Assembly: GCA_019058245.1 (NCBI GenBank)
Contig: JAHPZJ010000006.1
Coordinates: 96,457 to 160,456 of the forward strand
Length of the DNA stretch: 64,000 nt
Direction of reading: 5' to 3'
Origin: Promethearchaeota archaeon
GTDB lineage: Archaea; Asgardarchaeota; Lokiarchaeia; Sigyniarchaeales; SOKP01
Made by a program: the position numbers and the translations under genes. A model generated the notes under the pieces. It did not search any database and was not told the origin of the DNA. It saw only the letters and a list, made by a program, of their open reading frames with translations. Below, one piece after another: positions 49,556 to 59,957 of this stretch. Numbering within the stretch: position 1 is the first letter of the stretch; the number at the start of each line of letters is the position of its first letter.

Positions 49556-51238
49556 ATGAGTGAAAAAAAGGATAAAGATGTTCGAGTTGGGGTTTTCGTT
49601 TGTAGTTGTGGTTCGAATATAGGAGGTTTAATAGATGTTAAAGAAGTGGCAGAATATGCGAAATCTTTACCCAATGTTGTATTTACCCAAGATAATTTAT
49701 ATACTTGTTCAGAGACAGGATTAGCCCAAATTAAAAAGGGAGTAACTGAACATAACTTAAATCGGGTAGTTGTTGCTTCATGCACTCCAAGAACTCATGA
49801 ACCTCTTTTTCGTGAAACTATCAAAGATGTGGGGCTTAACGAGTATCTATTTCAATTTGTAAATATTCGCGATCAATGTACCTGGGTTCATATGAAATAT
49901 CCTCATGAAGCTCTTGAAAAAGCTAAAGAAGTTATTCGAATGGGGGTAGCAAAAGTATCTAAATTGGAAGCTCTTGAAAATATTGTGGTTGATGCAACTC
50001 CTACTGCTATGGTCATTGGAGGGGGTGTTTCAGGAATAACTTCTGCTCTTAGCCTAGCCAATCAAGGATTTGAGACTCACTTAGTAGAAAAAGATGCTCA
50101 ATTAGGAGGAAAATTGAATGTTCTGAATAAATTATTTCCTACAGGGCAAGATGCCAGTGAGCTTTTAGAAAGCTTAAAAGAAAGGGTTAAAAATAACTCG
50201 AATTTAACTGTTTATACTTCGGCAAAAGTAACTAATATTGAAGGATTTGTAGGAAATTATGAAGTAGAAGTCCAGCAAAATGGTAAAACTACTAATTTAA
50301 AGATAGGAGTCATCGTTGTTGCTGTTGGAGCGTCTTTACTAACACCTACTGGAAAATTTGGTTATGATGGAAAGAAAAGGATCACCCAGTACGAATTAGA
50401 AGAGAAACTTAAGAATAATGACGTTAAAGCTAATAACATTGTAATGATACAATGTGTAGGCGCTCGTAATGATGAAAGAAAATACTGCTCTAATGTTTGT
50501 TGTATGAGCGCTTTGAAAAATGCTTTATTAATTAAAGAAAAAAATCCTGATGCTAATATCACAATTTTATTTAGAGATTTGTATACTCCTGGAACTCTTT
50601 ATGAAGAGTATTATAGAAGAGCAAGGGAAGCGGGAGTTATATTTCTGAGTTATAAACTCGAAAAGGAACCTATTGTAGAGGAAAATACCATAAAAGTTTA
50701 TAATGAATATATTGGAGAAGAAATAAGTGTACCCTACGATTTGTTAGTATTATCAACACCTTTAATCGCAAATGATGGTAATAAAGAGCTTGCTCAAATG
50801 CTTAAGGTACCTTTAGAAGAAAATAAATTCTTTTTGGAAGCTCATGTAAAATTGAGACCTATGGACTTTGCAACTGATGGTGTTTTTATATGTGGTGCCG
50901 CAAAATGGCCAGTTGATATTACAGAATCAATAACTCAAGGGTATGCTGCAGCAGGAAGAGCGAGTACAATTATATCCCATGATACTATCGAAGTAGAGGG
51001 AGCAACATCATTCCTTCCTGATTATAATAGAGATTTATGTACTGGATGTGAAGTTTGTATTAATGTATGTCCCTATAAAGCAATAAGTAAGAATGAAGAT
51101 GATGAGATTGTAATTACTCAAGTCCTTTGTAAAGGATGCGGAGTTTGCGGAGCTACTTGTACTAATCATGCTATAATAATAAGGCATTTTACGGATGAGC
51201 AAATTTTATCTGAAATATATGCATTTGGAGGAAGTTAA
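49556..51238 (+). CDS. hdrA: HdrA-like flavoprotein, C-terminal module of a split pair
   Basis: VGVFVCSCGSNI, VASCTPRTHE, NIRDQC.WVH, GGGVSG, EAHVKLRP.D, C-terminal ferredoxin. Confidence 0.9.
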   Translation: MSEKKDKDVRVGVFVCSCGSNIGGLIDVKEVAEYAKSLPNVVFTQDNLYTCSETGLAQIKKGVTEHNLNRVVVASCTPRTHEPLFRETIKDVGLNEYLFQFVNIRDQCTWVHMKYPHEALEKAKEVIRMGVAKVSKLEALENIVVDATPTAMVIGGGVSGITSALSLANQGFETHLVEKDAQLGGKLNVLNKLFPTGQDASELLESLKERVKNNSNLTVYTSAKVTNIEGFVGNYEVEVQQNGKTTNLKIGVIVVAVGASLLTPTGKFGYDGKKRITQYELEEKLKNNDVKANNIVMIQCVGARNDERKYCSNVCCMSALKNALLIKEKNPDANITILFRDLYTPGTLYEEYYRRAREAGVIFLSYKLEKEPIVEENTIKVYNEYIGEEISVPYDLLVLSTPLIANDGNKELAQMLKVPLEENKFFLEAHVKLRPMDFATDGVFICGAAKWPVDITESITQGYAAAGRASTIISHDTIEVEGATSFLPDYNRDLCTGCEVCINVCPYKAISKNEDDEIVITQVLCKGCGVCGATCTNHAIIIRHFTDEQILSEIYAFGGS

Positions 51239-51242
51239 GATT

Positions 51243-52004
51243 ATGGATTTCGAACCGAAAATATTAGGATTTTTATGTAATTGGTGTTCCTATGCAGGAG
51301 CAGATTTAGCGGGAGTTAGTAGAATGCAATATCCCCCTAATATACGAGTAATAAGGGTTATGTGTAGTGGTCGAATAGATCCCCAATTTATTTTTGAAGC
51401 ACTTCGAGTTGGTGCTGATGGTGTTATTGTTTTAGGATGCCATTTAGGCGATTGCCATTATCTAGAAGGAAATTATGAAGCTGAGAAAAAATTTGATATG
51501 GTGAAACGATTCCTAAAACTAATTAATTTTGATAATAGGGTTAGATTGGATTGGGTTTCTGCTTCTGAAGGTGCCAGATATGCTCAGGTTATTACAGAAT
51601 TTACAGATCATATTAAAGCACTAGGACCATCTCCAATTGGAGGAGATAATCCTGACAAAAAAATACTTAATAATTTAAAAGCTATTGAAGATGCTGCTTC
51701 AGGTGATCGAATGAGAGCACTTGTAGGAAGAGAAAGAAAGATTACAGAACAAGAAAATGTATATGGAGAACAAGTCGACTTGGAGAAATTTAATAAAGTT
51801 TTTGATTCAGCTATTGTGGAAGAATATCAACGACATAGAATTTTAGTTTCATTAGAAGAAGATACAAAATCTATTAAAAGTCTGGCTGCTGAATTAGAAA
51901 TTGATCCTAGTGTTGTATTAGAACATATTGTATGTTTAAAGAGTCGAGGTCAAATTGACTTCGGAGAATTTATGGGAATTACTCCAATGTTTTTTAAAAT
52001 GTGA
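51243..52004 (+). CDS. mvhD: MvhD-like [2Fe-2S] subunit with C-terminal wHTH-like extension
   Basis: FLCNWCSYAGADLAG, MCSGR, GCHLGDCHY. Likely start ATG 51243 (MDFEPKI). Confidence 0.9.
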   Translation: MDFEPKILGFLCNWCSYAGADLAGVSRMQYPPNIRVIRVMCSGRIDPQFIFEALRVGADGVIVLGCHLGDCHYLEGNYEAEKKFDMVKRFLKLINFDNRVRLDWVSASEGARYAQVITEFTDHIKALGPSPIGGDNPDKKILNNLKAIEDAASGDRMRALVGRERKITEQENVYGEQVDLEKFNKVFDSAIVEEYQRHRILVSLEEDTKSIKSLAAELEIDPSVVLEHIVCLKSRGQIDFGEFMGITPMFFKM

Positions 52005-52015
52005 GGAGAGGAAAA

Positions 52016-55000
52016 ATGGAAAAAGTAGGAGCTGTAATGGTTGTTGGCGCTGGAATAGGGGGATCCCAATCAGCGCTTGATTTAGGTGATTCAGGCTATA
52101 AAGTTTACTTAATTGAATCTACCACTAGTATTGGTGGTGTAATGGCCCAATTGGATAAAACTTTTCCCACAAATGACTGTGCAATGTGTATAGTCAGCCC
52201 TAAGTTGGTAGAAACAGGTAGACATCAGAACATTGATTTGAGCATTAACTGCGAAATTCTTAATGTTTCGGGAGAAGCTGGTAATTTTACTGTCAAAGTA
52301 AAGAAAAATTCCCTCTATATTAATCCCGATATATGTACAGGTTGTGGAGTTTGTGGCCGTAATTGTCCAGTTGAGGCAATTGATTTATTCAATGAGGGAT
52401 TAGCAAGATATCACGCAACTTCTGTGAAATATCCTCAAGCAGTACCACTAGTATATGCAATTAATAAGGAATATTGTATTGGATGTGGAGTATGTGCTGG
52501 GGTGTGTAAAGCTAAAGCAGTTGAGTATGATCGAGATGATGAGATTGTCGATATCAACGTGGGGGCTATAATTTTAGCACCTGGATTTGACGAATTTGTT
52601 CCTCAAGCAGCTAATAAGTATGGTTATGGGAAATTTAAAAATGTGGTCACCAGTATTGAGTTTGAACGTATTTTATCTGCTTCAGGACCTTATGCTGGAA
52701 AAGTGCTTAGACCTTCTGATGGTGATATACCTGAAAAAGTTGCTTTTCTTCAGTGCATAGGGTCTCGAGATTATACAGGAGAAGGACAGCCTTATTGTTC
52801 TTCAGTATGTTGTATGTATACTGCAAAAGAAGCTGTAATCGCCCATGAACATCAACATGAAGTAAAACCTACCATTTTTAGTATGGATATTAGAGCTTAC
52901 GGAAAAGATTTTGATAAATATATTATTAAAGCTCAAGAAGAATATGGAGTTCGTTATATTAGAAGTAGAATATCTTCTGTAACTGAAATCCCTGAGACAA
53001 AAGATTTAAGACTTCGCTATGAGACGGAGGATGGAAAAGTTATAGAAGAAGATTTTAATATGGTAGTTCTAAGTGTTGGATTAAATCCTCCTAATGATGC
53101 CAAGTATCTTGCTGAGAAATTTGGAATTGAATTGAATGAATATAGTTTCGCAAAAACAGATATTTTTAATCCAGTTCAAACAACGAAAGCAGGAATTTTT
53201 GCATGTGGTGCTTTTTCCCAGCCTAAAGATATCCCTGAAACAGTCACTCAAGCAAGTGCGGCTGCGGGATGCGTAAACCAATTGCTATATGAAAAAAGAG
53301 GAACATTAATTACAGAAAAGAGTCTACCACCAGAAATTTTTGTTGCTGGACAACCACCACGTATAGGTGTATTTATTTGCCATTGCGGAATTAATATTGG
53401 TGGTTATGTAGATGTTCCAGAAGTAACGAGATATGCAAAAACACTCCCGAATGTGGTGATGTCAGATCGTAATTTATATACATGTTCTGCTGATACACAG
53501 GGAATAATAAAAGAAAAAATAGAAGAATTTCATCTTAATCGGGTTATAGTCGCATCATGTACTCCACGAACTCATGAACCGTTATTCCAAGAGACAATTA
53601 GGGAAGCGGGATTAAATAGATATTTATTTCAAATGGCAAATATCCGCGATCAATGTAGCTGGGTTCATATGAAACAACCAGAACAAGCTACTCAGAAAGC
53701 GAAAGACTTAGTGAGAATGGCAGTAAATAAAGCAAGGCAGATAGCTCCAATTGACAGAATAAAGCTTCCAGTAACTAAAAAAGCACTAGTAATTGGTGGA
53801 GGTATAACTGGTATGGTCGCTGCACTTAATTTTGCCAGTCAGCAAATTGATACTTATTTAGTGGAAAGGGAAGCTGAATTAGGAGGTTTTGCTAAATATA
53901 TATATCACACTCTTGAAGGAGGAGACGTTCAAGCATATTTAAAAGATCTTATTAATCAGGTTAAATCTAATAAATTTATTAATGTTTATACTAATGCTGA
54001 ATTAGAAGAGCTTAATGGATATATTGGAAACTTTAAATCAACAGTGATTTATGGTGAGAAGAATGAAAGAGCTGAATTTGATCATGGCGTTGTTGTTGTA
54101 GCTACCGGTGCGAATGAATATAAACCAAAGGAATATCTCTATGGTCAGAATGAAAATGTTATTTTACAATCCGAATTTGAAGAGATGTTAAACACTGATA
54201 GTATTATTAAGAATAAAAAATCAGTAGTTATGATTCAATGTGTTGGTTCACGAAATGAGGAACATCCTTATTGTAGTAAAATGTGTTGCGCAGAAGCTAT
54301 TAAGAACGCCTTATTAGTTAAAAAAATAAATCCATCAACTGAAGTGACTATTCTATTTCGAGATATTAGAACCTACGGTTTTAAGGAAAAATATTATAGA
54401 AAAGCAAGAGAAGAAGGCATAATTTTTATTCGATATGATGAAAATTCTCCTCCAGAAATAAGTACAGAAAATTCTTCATTAAATGTTAATGTTAATTCTG
54501 TAAAAGCGGGAAACTTATCAATACCCGCAGATTTATTAGTATTAAGTGCTGGGATAGTTGCATCTCATGAAGATAATGAAGAACTTGCTAAAATGTTAAA
54601 AGTACCTTTAAATGATGATAATTTTTATTTGGAAGCTCATGTTAAGCTTCGCCCAGTTGACTTCGCAACAGAAGGAGTTTTTGTTGCGGGATTAGCTCAC
54701 TGTCCAAAAACCATAGAAGATTCAATTTCACAGGCAAATGCTGCTGTTTCAAGAGCATGTACCATTCTCTCTAAAGATGAAATTGAAGCGGAAGGGAAAA
54801 CAGCTGTGATTGATGTTGCTCGTTGTATAGGGTGCGGTATGTGTGTAGAAAATTGCGCTTACAATGCAATAGAGTTAATTGAAGATAGACGATTTGGATT
54901 AGTAGCATCAATCAATCAGGCTTTATGTAAAGGATGTGGAGCTTGTAGTGGGAACTGTCGATGTAGTGCCATCGATATATTAGGCTTTACAGCCGAACAA

Positions 55001-55030
55001 ATATATGCTATGATAACAGGAAGGTTATAA
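52016..55030 (+). CDS. hdrA: Large two-module HdrA-like flavoprotein
   Basis: Both modules of the split pair fused in one ORF. Likely ATG at 52016 after GGAGAGG. Confidence 0.92.
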   Translation: MEKVGAVMVVGAGIGGSQSALDLGDSGYKVYLIESTTSIGGVMAQLDKTFPTNDCAMCIVSPKLVETGRHQNIDLSINCEILNVSGEAGNFTVKVKKNSLYINPDICTGCGVCGRNCPVEAIDLFNEGLARYHATSVKYPQAVPLVYAINKEYCIGCGVCAGVCKAKAVEYDRDDEIVDINVGAIILAPGFDEFVPQAANKYGYGKFKNVVTSIEFERILSASGPYAGKVLRPSDGDIPEKVAFLQCIGSRDYTGEGQPYCSSVCCMYTAKEAVIAHEHQHEVKPTIFSMDIRAYGKDFDKYIIKAQEEYGVRYIRSRISSVTEIPETKDLRLRYETEDGKVIEEDFNMVVLSVGLNPPNDAKYLAEKFGIELNEYSFAKTDIFNPVQTTKAGIFACGAFSQPKDIPETVTQASAAAGCVNQLLYEKRGTLITEKSLPPEIFVAGQPPRIGVFICHCGINIGGYVDVPEVTRYAKTLPNVVMSDRNLYTCSADTQGIIKEKIEEFHLNRVIVASCTPRTHEPLFQETIREAGLNRYLFQMANIRDQCSWVHMKQPEQATQKAKDLVRMAVNKARQIAPIDRIKLPVTKKALVIGGGITGMVAALNFASQQIDTYLVEREAELGGFAKYIYHTLEGGDVQAYLKDLINQVKSNKFINVYTNAELEELNGYIGNFKSTVIYGEKNERAEFDHGVVVVATGANEYKPKEYLYGQNENVILQSEFEEMLNTDSIIKNKKSVVMIQCVGSRNEEHPYCSKMCCAEAIKNALLVKKINPSTEVTILFRDIRTYGFKEKYYRKAREEGIIFIRYDENSPPEISTENSSLNVNVNSVKAGNLSIPADLLVLSAGIVASHEDNEELAKMLKVPLNDDNFYLEAHVKLRPVDFATEGVFVAGLAHCPKTIEDSISQANAAVSRACTILSKDEIEAEGKTAVIDVARCIGCGMCVENCAYNAIELIEDRRFGLVASINQALCKGCGACSGNCRCSAIDILGFTAEQIYAMITGRL

Positions 55031-55033
55031 AAA

Positions 55034-55489
55034 ATGACTGAAACAGTTTTAGAAGAAAAGAAAGTTGATAAGAATTGGGAACCAAAAATTGTTGCATTTT
55101 TATGTAATTGGTGTTCTTATGCAGGAGCAGATTTGGCAGGAGTAAGCAGGATCCAATATCCTCCAAATATAAGAATTGTAAGAGTTCCTTGTTCTGGACG
55201 GGTTAATCCCTATTTTATTATAAAAAGTTTAACAGATGGATGGGATGGGGTTGTCATAAGTGGATGCCATCCCGGAGATTGTCATTATATTAGTGGAAAT
55301 CTCGTAGCTAGGAGACGTTTTGCAATATTAAAGGAACTTCTTGAATTTTTTGGGATTGAACCAGGCAGGGTTAATTTTATGTGGGCTTCTGCCGCTGAAG
55401 GAGAGCGTTTTGCTGTACTTATTAGAAAAGCGACAAAAATAGTTAAAGAATTAGGTCCAAATACAAAATTCCAGAGGGAATGGTGTTAA
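55034..55489 (+). CDS. flxD: MvhD/FlxD-like [2Fe-2S] subunit
   Basis: FLCNWCSYAGADLAG, PCSGR, GCHPGDCHY; position in hdr-flx synteny. Confidence 0.88.
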   Translation: MTETVLEEKKVDKNWEPKIVAFLCNWCSYAGADLAGVSRIQYPPNIRIVRVPCSGRVNPYFIIKSLTDGWDGVVISGCHPGDCHYISGNLVARRRFAILKELLEFFGIEPGRVNFMWASAAEGERFAVLIRKATKIVKELGPNTKFQREWC

Positions 55490-55491
55490 GA

Positions 55492-56502
55492 ATGGGAATA
55501 GAACAAGATAATAAGGAAATTATAAGTTCAATAAGAGAAAATGCTAAGAATTTACTTAGCGAAAATCAAGTTGATGTAGTAATTGGCTATTCTGAAGGTA
55601 CTGTACCTTTAAGTTCTACTCCAATTATTATTAGAAGAGTTGAAGATATAGAAAAATTAACATGGAATAATTTATGCTATATGAATTTAGCTAGATATTT
55701 AGCTCCATTAATGCCCCAACTTTGTGATTCAGAAGGTAAATCACTGAGAATCGGAATAGTAGCTAAAGGGTGTGTAGGCCGAGCAATAAACCTTTTAGCT
55801 GTGGAGAAACAAGTTGATCTGGATAAAATAAAGATGATTGGATTTAATTGTAATGGGATTGTAAACAGAAGCAAAATCGCTTTGGAAATTGGAGAAAAGG
55901 AGATTCTTGAAGTAAATATATCTGGTAATGAAATTATTGTAAAAGGGAGAGATTGGGAAAAGAGATTTCCCTATGATCAATATATTAATGAACTATGTAA
56001 AGTGTGTCAAGTAAAATCTCCTTCAAGTACTGAGGCTAATTGTGTAGGTGAATGTCAAGAACTTGAAACCATAAATGATGAATTTTCAGATATTACTGAG
56101 TTTGAAACTAAATCTGCTGGGGAAAAATGGGAATATTTTAAAGAAATTTTGCAAGTATGTACTCTTTGTTATAGTTGTCGTCAAGCATGTCCTGTGTGCT
56201 ATTGTAATCTTTGTTTTGTTGATCAAAATAAGCCTGTATGGTTTGGGAAAACCACTGAGTACCAAGATATATTTACATTTCATTTAGTTCGAGCACAACA
56301 TTTAGCAGGTAGATGCGTAGCGTGTGGAGCATGCTCATCAGTATGTCCAGTTGGTATAGATTTGAATTTTATCACTAGGAAATTAGAAAAAATCGTTAAA
56401 GAACGATATAATTATACTTCTGGGCTAAATGCAGAAAAGGTTCCTCCAATGATGGATTTTAAAATGGAGGATGCACAAGAATTTATGTTAGAGGAGGATT
56501 AA
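55492..56502 (+). CDS. flxC: FlxC-like 4Fe-4S protein
   Basis: IVAKGC, CTLCYSCRQACPVCYCNLC, HLAGRCVACGACSSVCP. Confidence 0.82.
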   Translation: MGIEQDNKEIISSIRENAKNLLSENQVDVVIGYSEGTVPLSSTPIIIRRVEDIEKLTWNNLCYMNLARYLAPLMPQLCDSEGKSLRIGIVAKGCVGRAINLLAVEKQVDLDKIKMIGFNCNGIVNRSKIALEIGEKEILEVNISGNEIIVKGRDWEKRFPYDQYINELCKVCQVKSPSSTEANCVGECQELETINDEFSDITEFETKSAGEKWEYFKEILQVCTLCYSCRQACPVCYCNLCFVDQNKPVWFGKTTEYQDIFTFHLVRAQHLAGRCVACGACSSVCPVGIDLNFITRKLEKIVKERYNYTSGLNAEKVPPMMDFKMEDAQEFMLEED

Positions 56503-56518
56503 AAAGGTGAACTGAAAA

Positions 56519-57580
56519 ATGGATCAAAAAATATTGAAAAAAGATCAAATTGGAAAATTTTATAATGAATTCGCTGGAGAGTATGATTTTTATGCTCCTA
56601 TAAATAAAAAGGGTAGTATAGTATTCGAAAAGATTGAAAATCCAGAGGATATTGTATTAGATTACCTAAATTCAAAGGTTCCACCTAAATCAGTCTTATT
56701 TCCTCAAGAGGAAGTGTTATTTGAATATTCCTTGGATGAAAAAGACGTAGAAATAACTGATAGGCAGAATCTAGAACAAAAAATCTTAATTTTTGGAGTT
56801 CGACCATGCGATGCTTATAGTTTTGAATTGATGGCAAATTTCTTTTCATTTCATGGAAATTGGGAAGATGAAATTTATCTGAAGAAAAAAGAAAATTCAA
56901 CTATTATCGGAATGGGTTGTAACACTCCAAGGAGTACGTGTTTTTGTACCTCTGTGGGGGGAAATCCGTTTAAAAAAGAAGATATGGATATTTTCCTTAC
57001 TGATTTAGGAGATAAATATTTAGTTGAAGCTATTAGTGATAAAGGTAAAGAGATAGTTAAAAAGTTATCATGGCTTTCGGATGCATCCAAGGATGATTTG
57101 AAAAAAGCAGAAGATTTAGCAAAAAAGGCTGAAGAAATGATAGTAACAAAAATAGATGTTGATACGATTGTAAAGAACTTGGACACTTGCTTTGAACATC
57201 CCGTATGGGATGAAATCAGTGAATCGTGCATAGGATGTGGTTCATGTGCATATTTATGTCCCACCTGTACATGTTTTGATGTTATTGACGAGACAGATCA
57301 ATATAATAATCGAGGAAGAAGAATTAGAATCTGGGATACTTGTCAATCTTGTCTTTATACAATGGAAACAAGCGGTCATAATCCTCGAAATACGAAGATC
57401 CAACGCTGTCGAAACCGAATTATGCATAAGTTTAGTTATTATCCTACAAATTATGATTTACTGGGTTGTGTTGGATGTGGCAGATGTGTTTCTGTGTGCC
57501 CTGCTAATAATGACCTTCGAGTTATATTGAAAAAAATACAAAATATTGAAAAAATGGAGAGTGAGAAAATAAATGCCTAA
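56519..57580 (+). CDS. flxB: FlxB/AsrA-like 4Fe-4S protein
   Basis: GVRPCD, CFCTS, CIGCGSCAYLCPTCTCF, RIWDTC, HKF, GCVGCGRC...CP. Confidence 0.85.
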   Translation: MDQKILKKDQIGKFYNEFAGEYDFYAPINKKGSIVFEKIENPEDIVLDYLNSKVPPKSVLFPQEEVLFEYSLDEKDVEITDRQNLEQKILIFGVRPCDAYSFELMANFFSFHGNWEDEIYLKKKENSTIIGMGCNTPRSTCFCTSVGGNPFKKEDMDIFLTDLGDKYLVEAISDKGKEIVKKLSWLSDASKDDLKKAEDLAKKAEEMIVTKIDVDTIVKNLDTCFEHPVWDEISESCIGCGSCAYLCPTCTCFDVIDETDQYNNRGRRIRIWDTCQSCLYTMETSGHNPRNTKIQRCRNRIMHKFSYYPTNYDLLGCVGCGRCVSVCPANNDLRVILKKIQNIEKMESEKINA

Positions 57581-58412
57581 TCCTTATATACCTTATCTTA
57601 CAAGAGTAAAATCGATAGTATCAGAAAATAAGGCTAATGATATTAAAACTATCGAATTAGAATTTAAAAATGAAGAAAATTACAAAGAATTTGGCTATAT
57701 ACCAGGACAGTTTGCAGAAATTAGCTTAATTGGAAAAGGTGAATGTCCTATAGGGATAGCATCATCTCCAACTGAAGAAGGAACTATTAAATTCACAATT
57801 AAGAAAATGGGTACTGTTACTTCAGGATTTCATAATTGTGAAGTAGGTGACATAGTTGGAGTAAGAGGTCCTTGTGGAAACGGCTGGCCTGTGGAAGAAA
57901 TGAAAGGTAAAAATATAGTTGTAATTGGCGGAGGATTTGCATTTTCAACACTTCGATCACTTGTGATTTATTTACTTGATGAGAAACATCGAAAAGACTA
58001 TGGTAAAATAACTGTTATTTATGGAAATCGTGACCCTGGAGAAGTATTATATACAGATATACTAGATGAATGGAAAAAACGAGATGATATTAAAGTAGTT
58101 TTAACTATTGATCGTGAAGCAGAAGGATGGACAGAAGAAGTTGGATTTGTTGCACCAATCGTTAAAAAAGTTGCTCCAAGTTCTGACAATGCTGTAGCAG
58201 TTATCTGTGGACCACCAATAATGATTAAAACTTCAATTGCTGTTATGGAAGAGTTAAATTGGAAAGATGAGCAAATCCTAAACAGTTTAGAGATGCGGAT
58301 GAAATGTGGTATTGGTAAATGTGGAAGGTGTAATATTGGTAATAGATTTGTATGCGTCGATGGACCAGTCTTTTCTCTTGCTGAGCTTAAAAAAATGCCA
58401 AACGAATATTAA
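57573..58412 (+). CDS. flxA: FlxA/AsrB-like FAD/NAD-binding [2Fe-2S] subunit
   Basis: PGQF, RGPCGNGW, GGG, CGPPIM, MKCGIGKCGRC...C.DGPVF. Confidence 0.88.
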   Translation: MPNPYIPYLTRVKSIVSENKANDIKTIELEFKNEENYKEFGYIPGQFAEISLIGKGECPIGIASSPTEEGTIKFTIKKMGTVTSGFHNCEVGDIVGVRGPCGNGWPVEEMKGKNIVVIGGGFAFSTLRSLVIYLLDEKHRKDYGKITVIYGNRDPGEVLYTDILDEWKKRDDIKVVLTIDREAEGWTEEVGFVAPIVKKVAPSSDNAVAVICGPPIMIKTSIAVMEELNWKDEQILNSLEMRMKCGIGKCGRCNIGNRFVCVDGPVFSLAELKKMPNEY

Positions 58413-58459
58413 ATTAATATTTTAAATTACAAAATTAATTAAAAAATAGGTGAAAAAAA

Positions 58460-59569
58460 ATGACTGCTAATGCAGTTATAAAAACGTTTGAAGATTTAAT
58501 AATTGAAGTTCATGAAAAAGGATTATGTGGAGAGTGTGGTGGTTGTGTCAGTTTTTGTTCTGCTGGTGAAATTAAAGCAATTGAAATGTCAGAGTCAGGT
58601 CCTCCAAAATACATAAATAAAGACAAATGTCTTAAATGTGGTATATGTTATTTTGTATGTCCTCAAACTCATGTATTAAACGATCAGTTAAATAAAAAGT
58701 TTGATTATGATCCACCAATAGGAAATCAGTTAAAAATAGCTTCATGTTATGCTTCTTCTGAAGATATTAGAAAAAAAGCAACTGATGGTGGTTCGGTTAC
58801 AGCAATTTTAAATTATTTATTAGATAATAAGTTAATTGATGGAGCAGTTGTATGTAAAAGGAAAGGTCCATTCAACCGAAGTTCATTTTTAGCCACAAGT
58901 AAAGATGATCTTATTGAAGCAGCAGGTTCTCATTTTGACTTTACTAGCCAAGTAATTGGGTTAGAAAAATATAATACTTTCATAGCTGCTAATATAGTAC
59001 TGAAAAAAGTCACAAGTTCCGATATGTTAAATATAGCTGTTGTAGGTACTCCATGTCAAATTAATTCAATTAGAAAAATGCAGGAATTAAGTATTTTACC
59101 CGCACATATTGTCAAGTATACATTAGGATTATTTTGTTATTTAAACTTCTCATTCGATGATGAAGATAGGAAAAAATTAGAAGAAAAATTCAATTTTTCA
59201 TTTGAAGATGTTGAAAGTATGAACGTGCGAGAAGAATTGATATTATACTTTAAAAATGGAAATAGTCTAAAAATCCCATTTCCGGATTTGCATGATATCG
59301 GACGCCCTGCTTGTTATGCATGTTCAGATTTTTCTAATATTTATGCTGATATCTCTTTTGGTGGTCTAGGTTCACCAGAAAAATTAACAACTGCAATAAT
59401 TAGAACAAAAATTGGTGAAAAAGTCTATAATAATGCTCTAAATAAAGGATACATTAAAGAACCAATTGAATTTAATAGGCCAAATAATAAAATGGAATTA
59501 TTGGCTAAAATAGAGGAATGGAGCAATAAAAAAATCGAAAGAGCAGAAGAAACTTTAAAAGATAAATAA
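58460..59569 (+). CDS. Second FrhB/FdhB-family flavoprotein
   Basis: CGECGGCVSFC, CLKCGICYFVCP, TDGG, VGTPCQ, GLFC, CYACSDF, ADISFG. Confidence 0.9.
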   Translation: MTANAVIKTFEDLIIEVHEKGLCGECGGCVSFCSAGEIKAIEMSESGPPKYINKDKCLKCGICYFVCPQTHVLNDQLNKKFDYDPPIGNQLKIASCYASSEDIRKKATDGGSVTAILNYLLDNKLIDGAVVCKRKGPFNRSSFLATSKDDLIEAAGSHFDFTSQVIGLEKYNTFIAANIVLKKVTSSDMLNIAVVGTPCQINSIRKMQELSILPAHIVKYTLGLFCYLNFSFDDEDRKKLEEKFNFSFEDVESMNVREELILYFKNGNSLKIPFPDLHDIGRPACYACSDFSNIYADISFGGLGSPEKLTTAIIRTKIGEKVYNNALNKGYIKEPIEFNRPNNKMELLAKIEEWSNKKIERAEETLKDK

Positions 59570-59705
59570 AAACTTAAGAAGTAGTTTTATTCACTTTTCT
59601 TTTTCTCCTTTTTTCTCATAAGTCTCTACTAAAAAAGGTAATAATAAATAAATTACCACTAGATATAATGGAATTTACAATTTGATAGGAACTGATTTAT
59701 AGCAA

Positions 59706-59861
59706 TTATTCATTAAAAAAGATTTTTCTATAAAATTTCGTTGGTTGGTTGATTTCTTGTTCTGCTAATTTTTCCAAGTATCTTTTTTTTATTGGAGCTT
59801 GCCTATAAAGTCTGAAATATTCCCAAACTTCACGTTTCATTTCTAATTTTTCATTTTTCAT
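59706..59861 (-). CDS. Putative small protein (51 aa), not in the ORF track
   Basis: MKNEKLEMKREVWEYFRLYRQAPIKKRYLEKLAEQEINQPTKFYRKIFFNE*, translated by hand. Confidence 0.45.
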   Translation of the reverse strand: MKNEKLEMKREVWEYFRLYRQAPIKKRYLEKLAEQEINQPTKFYRKIFFNE

Positions 59862-59957
59862 TTTAAACGCTTTTGTGTTATTTTCTTCTTAAATAAAAGA
59901 AAAATAAAAAATTATATATTATTTAATAAGACCAATTTTTAAGTACGATATTTATAC

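Noticed and set aside
45711-59569. Selenocysteine recoding in hdrA/mvhD (Lokiarchaeia are known to have Sec-containing HdrA and VhuD)
   Set aside because: All ORFs are full length with Cys at the motif positions; there is no internal in-frame TGA.
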